Source: Bacillota bacterium (lineage in GTDB: Bacteria; Bacillota; Clostridia; Saccharofermentanales; DTU023). Taken from it: 64,000 nt of DNA. The notes under the pieces are model-generated. The model had not been told where the DNA came from and did not search any database. It saw only the letters and a program-made list of their open reading frames with translations. Where the stretch lies: positions 21,524 through 85,523 of the forward strand of contig JAFAAL010000014.1 of assembly GCA_023426575.1 (NCBI GenBank), read 5' to 3'. A program made the translations under genes and the position numbers. Every line of letters starts with the position of its first letter. Positions within the stretch are counted from its first letter, which is position 1. Below are positions 25,925 through 35,155 of the stretch, piece by piece.

Positions 25925-28765
25925 TTATTCGCTTCTCAGCTTTTCCTGGTCCTCACGCCAGTGACAATTCTTATACTTCTTGCCACTGCCACAATAACAG
26001 GGGTCATTGCGCCCTGGCAGAGTATCGCGCTTGACGGGAGTCTTGGCGACAACTTCCTGCCCGCGGGTCCTCATCGCTCCTGGAATCATCCCTTCGCCCT
26101 GCTTTGCGCCACTAAACTGGGCCTCTTGCGACTTGTGCTCAGCCTTGAACTGACTCTCGCTTCTCTCCTCGCGCTCCTCCACGGCCATTCGTGCGCGCAT
26201 GAGCAGACGGACGGCATCCTCCTTGATCCCCTGATTCATGGCGTGGAACATTTCCGAGCCCTCACGCTGATATTCAATAACTGGATCATGCTGTGCATAG
26301 CCGCGCATACCAATGGCATCGCGAAGATCGTCCATCGCATCGATGTGATCCATCCAGTTGTTGTCCACCGTTGTCAGGAGGATATAGCGCTCGATCTCCT
26401 TGATCAGCTCTGGGTCTTCGAGCAGTTGGGCACGCTTTTTGAGACTCTCTTCAGCCTCGGCAAGAAGTTCCTGGGCGAGATCCTCTGCTTCGGCATAGCC
26501 CTTGCGCTGAGGCAGTTCAGAAATCAGGGGGAGATCGCCAAAGAGATCTTGGAGTTTCAGTCGGAGCGCCTGATGATCCCAGTCCTCGATATTGCCCTCG
26601 GCCTGTGCGGCCAATGTGAACTCCGTCAGAGCTAAGTCGTGGATGGTCTTCATAAACCAGTCGTGCAAATCCTTGCCGGCCAAGACCTCCCGCCGTTGTC
26701 GGTAGATGAGGTCTCTCTGCTGATTCATGACGTTGTCATACTCGAGCACGTGTTTGCGGATGGCAAAGTTTTGACCTTCCACCTTGCGCTGAGCTGATTC
26801 AATCCCCCGACTCAGCATCGGATTTTGAATTTCCATGTCCTCATCGACGCGCAGGGTATCGAAAATATTCTGCATCCGCTCTCCGCCAAAGAGGCGCATG
26901 AGGTCGTCCTCGAGCGAGAGGTAGAACTTTGATCGCCCAGCATCCCCCTGACGGCCAGATCGACCGCGCAGCTGATTGTCAATGCGCCGCGACTCATGAC
27001 GCTCTGTGCCGATAATGGCAAGACCGCCCGCAGCAATCACCGCTTCTTTCTCGGCCTGAGTCTTAGCGGTGTAGAGCTCTGCAAGTTCTGCAAATTTCTC
27101 TCTGGCCTCGAGCACGGCGGGATCGTTGGTCTCATTGTAGGCATTGGCCTGTTCAATCAGATCCTCTGGATAGCCCTGCTTGCGCATCTGCTCTTTTGTC
27201 AAGAACTCGGGGTTGCCTCCGAGGACGATATCCGTCCCACGCCCAGCCATGTTCGTGGCGATGGTGATGGCCCCGTATCGGCCTGCCTGGGCAACGATTT
27301 CAGCTTCACGCTCGTGTTGTTTGGCATTGAGGACATTGTGGGGCAGCCCAGCTCTCTGGAAGAGCTTTGAGAGAAGTTCTGAGCGCTCGACGGAAACTGT
27401 CCCGACGAGGACGGGCTGACCCTTAGCGTGCATGGCCGCGACCTCTTCGATGAGGGCCCGATATTTTCCCGCCTCCGTCTTAAAGACGGCATCTGGCTCA
27501 TCCTCTCTTTGAATGGGTTTGTTGGTGGGGATCTCGATGCAGTCGAGTCCGTAGATGGAGCGGAATTCATCTTCTTCAGTTAGAGCCGTCCCCGTCATCC
27601 CTGACAATTTTTGATACATTCTAAAATAGTTTTGGAAGGTAATGGTGGCGAGAGTACGAGACTCTTTTTGGACTTCGACGCCCTCCTTGGCCTCGATCGC
27701 CTGATGGAGACCGTTCGAATAGCGCCTGCCGTACATGAGACGACCCGTGAAGTCATCGACGATGATCACCTCATCGCCGTGGACGACGTAGTCTGTATCG
27801 CGAAACATGGTACCGTGCGCCTTGAGCGCATTGTTGATATGGTGGTTTAGCTTGTAGTTTTCCTGATCTGAGAGGTTGTCAATGCCGAAGAAGCGCTCGG
27901 CCTTGCGGACTCCTCGTCGGGACAGGACGGCCGTCTTGTTTTTTTCATCGATGATGTAGTCGCAGTCCTCCTGGAGCCCCTCGAGAGCCTCCTGCTGCTC
28001 ACGCGTCTCTGTCTCGCGAAGTTTCAGTGGCTCGAAGCCGCGAACCAATTGCTCTGCCTGTTGATAGAGGTCAGAAGAACTGTCGCCCGCCCCTGAGATG
28101 ATCAGCGGTGTCCTGGCCTCGTCAATCAATATGGAGTCCACTTCGTCGACGATGGCAAAGTAAAACGGCCGCTGCACGAGATTCTCCTCGCGATTGACCA
28201 TATTGTCTCGTAGGTAGTCGAAGCCAAACTCGTTATTTGTTCCGTAAGTGATATCGGCGGCATAGGCCTCGCGACGCTCCGCCTTGGATTTGCCATGCAC
28301 AATGAGGCCCACGGAAAGACCTAAAAACTTATATATCTTCCCCATCCACTCAGAGTCGCGCGTCGCCAGGTAGTCGTTGACCGTGACGAGGTGGCAGCCC
28401 TTGCCAGTCAGTGCATTGAGATAGAGTGGCAGAGTCGCCACAAGAGTCTTGCCTTCACCCGTCTTCATCTCAGCAATGCGACCCTGGTGCAAGATGATTC
28501 CACCGATCAGTTGGACGGGGAAGTGCCGCATCTTTAAAACGCGATCTCCCGCCTCACGAACCGTGGCAAAAGCCTCCGGCAGCAAGTCGTCGAGATCTTC
28601 CCCCTGGGCCAAACGCGCTTTGAATTCGCTCGTCTTCCCTCGTAGTTCTGTATCAGAGAGCGCACGATATTGTTCCTCGAGACGCAGAATATCTTGGACG
28701 ATGGGTTCAATCTTCTTAATTTCACGCTCGGAGTGCGTGCCAAAGAGCTTGGTCAATAATCCCAT
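25925..28765 (-). CDS. secA: preprotein translocase ATPase SecA
   Basis: MGLLTKLFGTHSEREIKK..., DEAD motor motifs (MKTGEGKTL, DEVDSILIDEARTPLIISG, TNMAGRGTDI) and a C-terminal zinc tail CYCGSGKKYKNCH. Confidence 0.98.
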   Translation of the reverse strand: MGLLTKLFGTHSEREIKKIEPIVQDILRLEEQYRALSDTELRGKTSEFKARLAQGEDLDDLLPEAFATVREAGDRVLKMRHFPVQLIGGIILHQGRIAEMKTGEGKTLVATLPLYLNALTGKGCHLVTVNDYLATRDSEWMGKIYKFLGLSVGLIVHGKSKAERREAYAADITYGTNNEFGFDYLRDNMVNREENLVQRPFYFAIVDEVDSILIDEARTPLIISGAGDSSSDLYQQAEQLVRGFEPLKLRETETREQQEALEGLQEDCDYIIDEKNKTAVLSRRGVRKAERFFGIDNLSDQENYKLNHHINNALKAHGTMFRDTDYVVHGDEVIIVDDFTGRLMYGRRYSNGLHQAIEAKEGVEVQKESRTLATITFQNYFRMYQKLSGMTGTALTEEDEFRSIYGLDCIEIPTNKPIQREDEPDAVFKTEAGKYRALIEEVAAMHAKGQPVLVGTVSVERSELLSKLFQRAGLPHNVLNAKQHEREAEIVAQAGRYGAITIATNMAGRGTDIVLGGNPEFLTKEQMRKQGYPEDLIEQANAYNETNDPAVLEAREKFAELAELYTAKTQAEKEAVIAAGGLAIIGTERHESRRIDNQLRGRSGRQGDAGRSKFYLSLEDDLMRLFGGERMQNIFDTLRVDEDMEIQNPMLSRGIESAQRKVEGQNFAIRKHVLEYDNVMNQQRDLIYRQRREVLAGKDLHDWFMKTIHDLALTEFTLAAQAEGNIEDWDHQALRLKLQDLFGDLPLISELPQRKGYAEAEDLAQELLAEAEESLKKRAQLLEDPELIKEIERYILLTTVDNNWMDHIDAMDDLRDAIGMRGYAQHDPVIEYQREGSEMFHAMNQGIKEDAVRLLMRARMAVEEREERSESQFKAEHKSQEAQFSGAKQGEGMIPGAMRTRGQEVVAKTPVKRDTLPGRNDPCYCGSGKKYKNCHWREDQEKLRSE

Positions 28766-28818
28766 ATCTCATGTACCTCACTTCCATCAAATCATCTTAA
28801 TCAAAATCACCTCAGATG

Positions 28819-29796
28819 TCACTCATTGCCCTCGGCATATCGGTAACTTTTCAGCTTGCGAATGACTTTGAGCTCAACCCCCTGAGCTGCAGCTTCTTGA
28901 CGCATGCGCTCCCAAAATGTCCCTTGATAGTTCTCAGGACTATTGCTCGGGATGACAATCCAGAGCTCCCGTCTCTGAATGTCTGAACTTTTGATCTCTC
29001 CTCCCCCCGGAATCTTGCCGCCTCGATATTGAGCCAGGCGTGAAATCTCATAGAATAGCTCCTTCTCGGCATGACTTGAATCCGCATAGCTGGGAGCTGT
29101 GAGGTCTAAAGATCGGATACCCCTGGCGGTTCCCGCCTCAAAATAGGCAATACTTGGCGTATTAAAGGGCAAGTTGGCGCCAAACTGCTCTCTAAAATAT
29201 CGACCCCGTTCAAAATTTCCAGCGGACCAGATATTGTCCTCCTCGTCTTCTTCCTCTCCCCCGCTCTTTTGCCTCCCCTCAGTGCTCAGCCAGAGCGGAA
29301 CATAGGCGAGGGTCCTTTGAGGATGTCTGCTCCAAACTGTCGTCACTTCATAGCGAAGACTCAGGAGGAGGCTCTTCCCCTCGTCGCGCCAGAGCAGTAA
29401 GAGCTGTCTCTCATGCTCTGGTATCTTCAACTTTAATGCTCGTCCGCTGCTCTGCAGCCAAAAATCCAATCTCTTCTGCAAGAAGCCAGAGAGGAGCTCT
29501 GATGAAGCGAGGTCTAGCGCAGCAGAGCGCAAGATCTCACTTTGGACTGGCATGATCTGCCCGAGGACCTCCTCGATGGCCGCCTCTCCGAGGATGAGCT
29601 TTGACCCATCTTCGACCAAAGGGATTAAAACTTCGAGCTCCGAGGCCGTCTGATCAAGTGCGTGTCGCATCATGAGAGATTGCCGCTGGGCCATGATGGC
29701 CGAAAGCATAAAGGCTAGGGCAAAGAGAAAGAGTGGGAGGGCGATGGCGAGCTCGAGGACGATCGAGCCCCGCTTCTGTTTGAGCTTATCTCTCAT
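28819..29796 (-). CDS. hypothetical membrane-anchored protein with a TadE-like N-terminus
   Basis: N-terminus KRGSIVLELAIALPLFLFALAFML is the TadE/TadG pseudopilin-like pattern. ATG at 29796 follows GAGGTG. 11-nt overlap with the upstream ORF. See findings for the C-terminal domain. Confidence 0.6.
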   Translation of the reverse strand: MRDKLKQKRGSIVLELAIALPLFLFALAFMLSAIMAQRQSLMMRHALDQTASELEVLIPLVEDGSKLILGEAAIEEVLGQIMPVQSEILRSAALDLASSELLSGFLQKRLDFWLQSSGRALKLKIPEHERQLLLLWRDEGKSLLLSLRYEVTTVWSRHPQRTLAYVPLWLSTEGRQKSGGEEEDEEDNIWSAGNFERGRYFREQFGANLPFNTPSIAYFEAGTARGIRSLDLTAPSYADSSHAEKELFYEISRLAQYRGGKIPGGGEIKSSDIQRRELWIVIPSNSPENYQGTFWERMRQEAAAQGVELKVIRKLKSYRYAEGNE

Positions 29797-31213
29797 CACG
29801 CACCTCGTCTCCATAACTCACTTGGAATTGATGATGGCGATCGGCAAAGTGACTCTCGATTCGGTAAGTCGCATAGAGAGCCTCAGGATAGAGCTTTTGC
29901 AATTCATCTCTCAGGCCGAGCAGGATCTTTTCTTCTGCTCTGGCATAGAAGAAGAGTCGAAGAAAATCATGATAATAGGCCTGGGCCGGCACTCTCTCAT
30001 CAGGCCAGATCGGGACGCCCTCGCCAGATTTTAATGCTCTGACATCACGATGGGCGAGCTGTGCCGCCCGCCCAAAGATTAACGTCTGAGTGTAGACCTC
30101 CGGGGGCAAGACGACACTCCCCGCCGTAAAGAGTGCCACGGCTGCAGAGAGAATGCTGCCATAAATCTTATATTTGCTGCGCTTGGCAGCGGAGGCATTG
30201 ATGCTGGCGTCATGGCTGGCTAGGCGGAGGCCAAGTAGATAGAGTTGTACGCGTTTTGCTGCCCGTTCAGGTGGTAAGCCTGTCAAAATAGATTCGACCA
30301 ATGCACCACCGTAATTCTCTTTCATGCGCTCATGGGCTCGGCCATCAAGACGTCGAATGGGCAGAGTGCTCGCTCCTTGGCGACGGACGACAACTTCGGC
30401 GGGACAGTAATTTAAAACATATTCAATGACAGCCACCTTAGCGAGGTCCAAATTGTCCATCGCCGTGGCATAGGAGGTCGCCAGGCGCCCGAGACCTTCC
30501 AAGTGCTGGAGGCTGTCCACTGGGATTTCTGCGAGATCCTCGGCATGATAAGTACTGAGTAATTGCTCTTTATGTTTATCTAAATTTCTCTGCAAGCGTC
30601 TTATGAGCTTTGAGCCCACTGCGCTGATCTCACTCTCGTCACGGCCGCTCATCTCAGAATCTTCGGCCAGCTCGTCCAGCTCCTCGGGGTCTTCCCCTTC
30701 ATCCCCCTCTGCGCTGAGCCTTGGCAGATTTTCTATCTCTTGAACCTCTGCTGCTTCGAGTTCTGATGCTATTTCAAGGCTCGCGGCTCCGAGCTCTGCT
30801 TGACTAGATTTGAGCAGGCGCAGGCGATCTGTCATCTCGGCAGTCAAAAGAAGCGGCAGACGCTCTTGAATCTGCTTTAAAATTTGTTTCTTTAAATCCT
30901 CCGGCTCCAGAGCATCTTGCGCGCCAAAAATTTTGATATCCGTGTCTGGCTTACTTGGCAAGATCCGCACAATTGATTCGAGATCTAGCACTTCGCGACC
31001 TGCCCAGAGACGAAATTCTTGCCAGAGCTTACGGTCAAAATGGACGCGGGCATAGTCTCCCGCCGCCTTCTGCGCTCTGAGATAGTCGAGCTCGGCAAGC
31101 CGCATCGCCGTACTCTGAAAGGCATAGAGAAGAGCCAGGAAGAAGGGGGGCAGGATGAGGACTAAAAGGAGGGATGAGGCCGCCAAACGCTCACGAAACT
31201 TATTCTTGAGCAT
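29786..31213 (-). CDS. hypothetical protein, N-terminal TM anchor plus acidic coiled region
   Basis: 475-482-aa ORF with one N-terminal hydrophobic helix (LAASSLLLVLILPPFFLALLYAF) and an Asp/Glu-rich stretch. I recognise no catalytic motif. The start is ambiguous (ATG 31213 or GTG 31234). Confidence 0.6.
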   Translation of the reverse strand: MLKNKFRERLAASSLLLVLILPPFFLALLYAFQSTAMRLAELDYLRAQKAAGDYARVHFDRKLWQEFRLWAGREVLDLESIVRILPSKPDTDIKIFGAQDALEPEDLKKQILKQIQERLPLLLTAEMTDRLRLLKSSQAELGAASLEIASELEAAEVQEIENLPRLSAEGDEGEDPEELDELAEDSEMSGRDESEISAVGSKLIRRLQRNLDKHKEQLLSTYHAEDLAEIPVDSLQHLEGLGRLATSYATAMDNLDLAKVAVIEYVLNYCPAEVVVRRQGASTLPIRRLDGRAHERMKENYGGALVESILTGLPPERAAKRVQLYLLGLRLASHDASINASAAKRSKYKIYGSILSAAVALFTAGSVVLPPEVYTQTLIFGRAAQLAHRDVRALKSGEGVPIWPDERVPAQAYYHDFLRLFFYARAEEKILLGLRDELQKLYPEALYATYRIESHFADRHHQFQVSYGDEVRDER

Positions 31214-31487
31214 GGCTAAGCCGCGCCTCAACACTAGTCTTGCTATCGAGAATCAGGTAGATAAATTCCACTGTCTTCTGCCCAGAAGCCAATTGATATG
31301 GGATATTCTGCGCACTCTCTCGGCGGGCATAGAGCTGATCCGACCTCAGTCGCAATGGGAGTGTATCAGCAAGCTGAAGCGTGTCCGTGCGATGCTCGGC
31401 TTCCAACTTGGGCGCTCGCATCAGTGCTGAAAACAAGATGATCAGACAGAGGGGCACAGACAGAGCTGTTTCGATGTGAAAATGCAT
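31200..31487 (-). CDS. small hypothetical protein with a TadE-like N-terminal helix
   Basis: 95 aa, MHFHIETALSVPLCLIILFSALM... It overlaps the next ORF by 14 nt. Confidence 0.5.
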   Translation of the reverse strand: MHFHIETALSVPLCLIILFSALMRAPKLEAEHRTDTLQLADTLPLRLRSDQLYARRESAQNIPYQLASGQKTVEFIYLILDSKTSVEARLSHAQE

Positions 31488-31490
31488 AAG

Positions 31491-31539
31491 GAGACCTCGC
31501 TTTCTCTCGATACGTCGAGTCTAAGAAAAGCGAGGTCTC
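31491..31539 (-). promoter_or_regulatory. two-tier RNA stem-loop sequestering the SD of the 95-aa ORF
   Basis: Perfect 13-bp inverted repeat gagacctcgcttt (31491..31503) / aaagcgaggtctc (31527..31539), with an inner 5-bp stem ctcga/tcgag and a tetraloop. The mRNA 3' arm AAAGCGAGGUCUC ends 3 nt before the AUG. Confidence 0.6.
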
Positions 31540-31586
31540 AGCCGCTATATATTCCTTCGACAAAAGAGACAAAAACTGTCGAATTC

Positions 31587-34031
31587 TCAGCTGCGGAGAG
31601 TCAGTCCCTCCCGAGCCAGCGCCTCGATAATTTTTTCAATTTCCATATCGACTTGCTTGTCCTGAAGTGTCTCACTTGCCGACCTAAACTCGAGCGCATA
31701 GGCCAAAGACTTAAAGTTCGGATCGATGCGATCACCCTGGTAGAAGTCAAAGAGAGAGAGCTTTGTCAGCTGGGGTCCCGCGTTTTGGGCAATCAGATGA
31801 TAGATCTGAGCTTGTGGCATCTGGCGAGGCGCAACGATTGCCAGATCTCGGCTGATCGCAGGATACTTGGACGGCTTGGCAAAGTGGAAGGAGGGGGTCG
31901 GCATATTGAGGATCGGCGAGAGCTTCAACTCACAAAAGGCCATGGGACCTCTCGCCTCCTTGGCCGCTAAGAGATCTGGATGCACACAGCCAATCAGCCC
32001 GATCTCTTCTCCGAGCATCATGATCTTTGCCGCCTGTCCTGGCTGGAAATAAGCTATCTCGTCACAGGCCTCATAGCTGAGTGCTGGCAGGCTCAGCCGA
32101 TCCTCCATCTCTTCGACAATCCCCTTAAGTTTCAGGAAGACGGTCTGTCCCTTGGCGCCGTGCTCAAAGAGGCTGAGCGCCAAGATATCCTCTTCATCGA
32201 TATTGGCATTCACGTCTTGAGTAAATGACTTGCCCATTTCCACGAGGCAGATATGACTTTCACGCTCTGTCTGATTGAGCGCTTGATGTTCAATCATTCT
32301 CGGCAAGAGCGAGACAGCGAGGTAGGCCCTCTCCTGTCCCAGGGGATTGGCGATCTTGACAGCGCGTGACAAGTCATTGCCTGACAATCCGATCTGCTCA
32401 AGATCTCTTTGAGAGGCAAAGGGCATAGAGCAGACTTCATAGGCTCCCGCCGCGATCGCAATATCGAGGACTGTCTGACGCCTGATTTCCTGAGGTGCAT
32501 CGTGATGCTGACCGATCATGACGCCACTCCTGAGCCTCGCGGGAATACGATTATACCCGTAGAAGCGCGCGACCTCTTCCGCTAGATCACAAGTCGCCTC
32601 AATGTCAACGCGCCAAGTCGGCACCACCAACTGGCGTCGGCCAAGCTCTGCCGATATCTCAAAACCAAGGCGCGCAAAAATATCCAGCTGTTCTTCTTCT
32701 GGGATATCGAGACCTAGAAGTTCATTGATGTCCTGCGGTCTAAATTCTACCTCAGAGTGCGGACTCAGCTCATCCCCGGCGTAGATGCATGGACCCGCCA
32801 CCTTGGCGATGTCGAGCTCAGTGATCAGCTGGAGGAAGAGACTGTGAGCCAGCAGGATATTATGCGCCGAGATGCCTCGGGCAAAGCGCAGAGAGGACTC
32901 AGAGTGAAGATTGAGGCGGGCCGCCGTCTTGCGGATGACACTTGCTTCAAAGTGAGCGATCTCTAAGAAAAACGACTGTGTATCCGCCGTGATCTCACTG
33001 CTCTCACCACCCATGACTCCCGCAAGAGCCAGAGCTTTTTCCCGATCGGCAATGACGAGATCCTGAGACGTCAAGGAGCGCTTGATGCCGTCGAGCGTGA
33101 CCAGTTCCTCGCCGTCTCTGGCCCAGCGCACGCTCACTCCAGACCCCTCAATCTCGCTGGCATCAAAGGCGTGTAGCGGGTTCCCAGTCACCAGCATGAC
33201 ATAATTTGTCACATCGACTAGATTGTTAATGGAGCGAATCCCAGAGGCTCTGAGACGCCTGCGGAGCCAGTCGGGGGAGGGCCCGAGCTTCAGCTCCGTA
33301 AAGTGCTGACCCAGATAGTGCGGGCAGGCTCTTTGATCTAAAATTTGAATCCCAAAGCCCCCAGCCTGCTCCCGCTCGCAGAAATCGCCGAAGGTAAAGT
33401 CCATGCGCTCGATCTCCTCGGCATTTGTCCAGGACGGACAGAAGCGCTCTGGCTGAAACGGCAGATCAAAACTTGCGGCAAACTCTCTGGCAATACCCAT
33501 GACAGAGAGGCAGTCAGGTCGATTGGGCGTAATTTCAAAGTCGATATAGTGATCGCGCTGGCCGAGGTAGCTCAGGACATCTTCACCTAGCGGAGCGCTC
33601 TCGGGCAAGATGAAAATTCCATCTGGATCCGCCTCGGGATAGTCGCTAGTCGTCAGTCCGAGCTCAGCGATGGAACACAACATCCCATGGGAATCCAGAC
33701 CCCTCATCTTGCTCTTTTGGATCTTGAGACCCTGGTGCAAGACAGCCCCCACCGTGGCCACAGGAACGACTTGCCCCTCTTCGACATTGGGAGCAGCCGT
33801 CAAAATCTGCAGTTCTTCGCCGCCCAGATCGACGTGGCAAACGCGCAGGCGATCCGCGTCAGGATGGGCTTCAATCGCCAAGATCTTAGCAATTTTAACC
33901 CCAGTCAGATCCTCAAACGCATGGGTGACAGCCTCCACCTTTGTGCCCGTCAGGGACATGCGCTCACAAAAAGTCTCGAGACTTCCCTGATAATCAACAA
34001 TATCTTTTAACCAACGATATGAAACTTGCAT
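31587..34031 (-). CDS. pheT: phenylalanine--tRNA ligase beta subunit
   Basis: 814 aa, MQVSYRWLKDIVDY..., with tRNA-binding, B3/4, B5 and anticodon-binding regions colinear with PheT. Follows pheS. Confidence 0.97.
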   Translation of the reverse strand: MQVSYRWLKDIVDYQGSLETFCERMSLTGTKVEAVTHAFEDLTGVKIAKILAIEAHPDADRLRVCHVDLGGEELQILTAAPNVEEGQVVPVATVGAVLHQGLKIQKSKMRGLDSHGMLCSIAELGLTTSDYPEADPDGIFILPESAPLGEDVLSYLGQRDHYIDFEITPNRPDCLSVMGIAREFAASFDLPFQPERFCPSWTNAEEIERMDFTFGDFCEREQAGGFGIQILDQRACPHYLGQHFTELKLGPSPDWLRRRLRASGIRSINNLVDVTNYVMLVTGNPLHAFDASEIEGSGVSVRWARDGEELVTLDGIKRSLTSQDLVIADREKALALAGVMGGESSEITADTQSFFLEIAHFEASVIRKTAARLNLHSESSLRFARGISAHNILLAHSLFLQLITELDIAKVAGPCIYAGDELSPHSEVEFRPQDINELLGLDIPEEEQLDIFARLGFEISAELGRRQLVVPTWRVDIEATCDLAEEVARFYGYNRIPARLRSGVMIGQHHDAPQEIRRQTVLDIAIAAGAYEVCSMPFASQRDLEQIGLSGNDLSRAVKIANPLGQERAYLAVSLLPRMIEHQALNQTERESHICLVEMGKSFTQDVNANIDEEDILALSLFEHGAKGQTVFLKLKGIVEEMEDRLSLPALSYEACDEIAYFQPGQAAKIMMLGEEIGLIGCVHPDLLAAKEARGPMAFCELKLSPILNMPTPSFHFAKPSKYPAISRDLAIVAPRQMPQAQIYHLIAQNAGPQLTKLSLFDFYQGDRIDPNFKSLAYALEFRSASETLQDKQVDMEIEKIIEALAREGLTLRS

Positions 34032-34038
34032 AATGCAC

Positions 34039-35076
34039 CTACTTAAACTGTCTCAAAAAGCGGAGATCATTCTCATAGAAGCGGCGGATGTCATCGATGC
34101 CGTAGCGCCCCATCGCCGTCCTCTCCACGCCGAGTCCAAAAGCGAAGCCCGAATATTTCTCAGGGTCGAGATCACAGTTGCGAATGACCTCGGGATGCAC
34201 CATCCCCGCCCCCAAGATCTCGATCCAGCCCTCGCCGTGACAACTCGGGCAGTCATCTCGGCCCTCACCGTGACAGCTCCAACAAGAAATGTCGACCTCA
34301 CAGGAAGGCTCCGTAAATGGAAAGTGATGTGGCCGCAGACGAATGCGACTCTCCTCGCCAAAGAGCGTCTTGGCAAAGAGGAGCAGGTGACCGTGTAGAT
34401 CGGCCATCGTAATCCCCTCATCGATCACCAGGCCCTCAATCTGATGGAAGACGGGCGTATGAGTCGCGTCTGGCGTATCTGAGCGATAACAGCGCCCTGG
34501 GCAAATAATTTTCAGAGGAGCCCCGAGCGATTGCATCGCACGAATTTGCACTGGGGAGGTCTGAGTTCTCAGGACCAAATCGGGATTGATATAGAAAGTG
34601 TCGCGATAATCGCGCGCCGGATGATTCTCATCAATGCGCAGCAAATCGAAATTGTTCCGCACCAGCTCGATCTCAGGACCCTCGGCCAAGATGAAACCGA
34701 GCTTCTTAAAGACGGCCACAATCTGATCAATTGTCTGCGTCAAAGGATGGCGCAAACCCATCTCGTGGCGGAGACCTGGCAAGCTGACGTCGATGGCCTC
34801 AGCGGCAAAAGCCAGCTGCCGCTCTGACGCGGCTGCCTCCTCTTCACGCTTCTTCAAGGCAGTCTCTATGTCCTGACGCAAGACATTTGTCAACTGTCCA
34901 AACTGGGGTCTCTCCTCGGCACTGAGGCGTCTCATCTCCTTCATCAAGAGATTGATCTTGGCCTTTTTCCCAAGGAATTCTTGTCTAATTCGCCCGAGTT
35001 CCTGATCGGAGGCTGCGGCGAGTGCCGCCTGGAACTCCTCTCTCAGAGCCCTGACCTGAGCCATTAATTCTTGCAT
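34039..35076 (-). CDS. pheS: phenylalanine--tRNA ligase alpha subunit
   Basis: Class II motifs (FRxE-like: GRCYRSD, FHQIEGL, GFAFGLGVERTAM). ATG at 35076 lies 7 nt after GGAG. Confidence 0.95.
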   Translation of the reverse strand: MQELMAQVRALREEFQAALAAASDQELGRIRQEFLGKKAKINLLMKEMRRLSAEERPQFGQLTNVLRQDIETALKKREEEAAASERQLAFAAEAIDVSLPGLRHEMGLRHPLTQTIDQIVAVFKKLGFILAEGPEIELVRNNFDLLRIDENHPARDYRDTFYINPDLVLRTQTSPVQIRAMQSLGAPLKIICPGRCYRSDTPDATHTPVFHQIEGLVIDEGITMADLHGHLLLFAKTLFGEESRIRLRPHHFPFTEPSCEVDISCWSCHGEGRDDCPSCHGEGWIEILGAGMVHPEVIRNCDLDPEKYSGFAFGLGVERTAMGRYGIDDIRRFYENDLRFLRQFK

Positions 35077-35138
35077 ATGCAAACTCCATCTCTTGCACTG
35101 CGAACTCATAAAAGTCGCAGCACTTCAAAGTAGGGTGA

Positions 35139-35147
35139 ATTATAGCA
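35139..35147 (-). promoter_or_regulatory. candidate extended -10 promoter for pheST
   Basis: Minus-strand TGcTATAAT, ~60 nt upstream of the pheS ATG. Confidence 0.45.
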
Positions 35148-35155
35148 TTTACAGA

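Noticed and set aside
25916-26635. 239-aa + strand ORF
   Set aside because: It is antisense to the 3' part of secA. The other long antisense ORFs are rejected for the same reason: 3776..4306, 36342..36953, 47092..47667 and 52460..53092.
35077-35155. Expected T-box leader upstream of pheS (and upstream of asnS at 42290..42308)
   Set aside because: The gaps are only ~80 nt and 19 nt, far too short for a T-box, and no specifier-loop or T-box sequence is visible. Only a short 6-bp hairpin and an extended -10 are present upstream of pheS.
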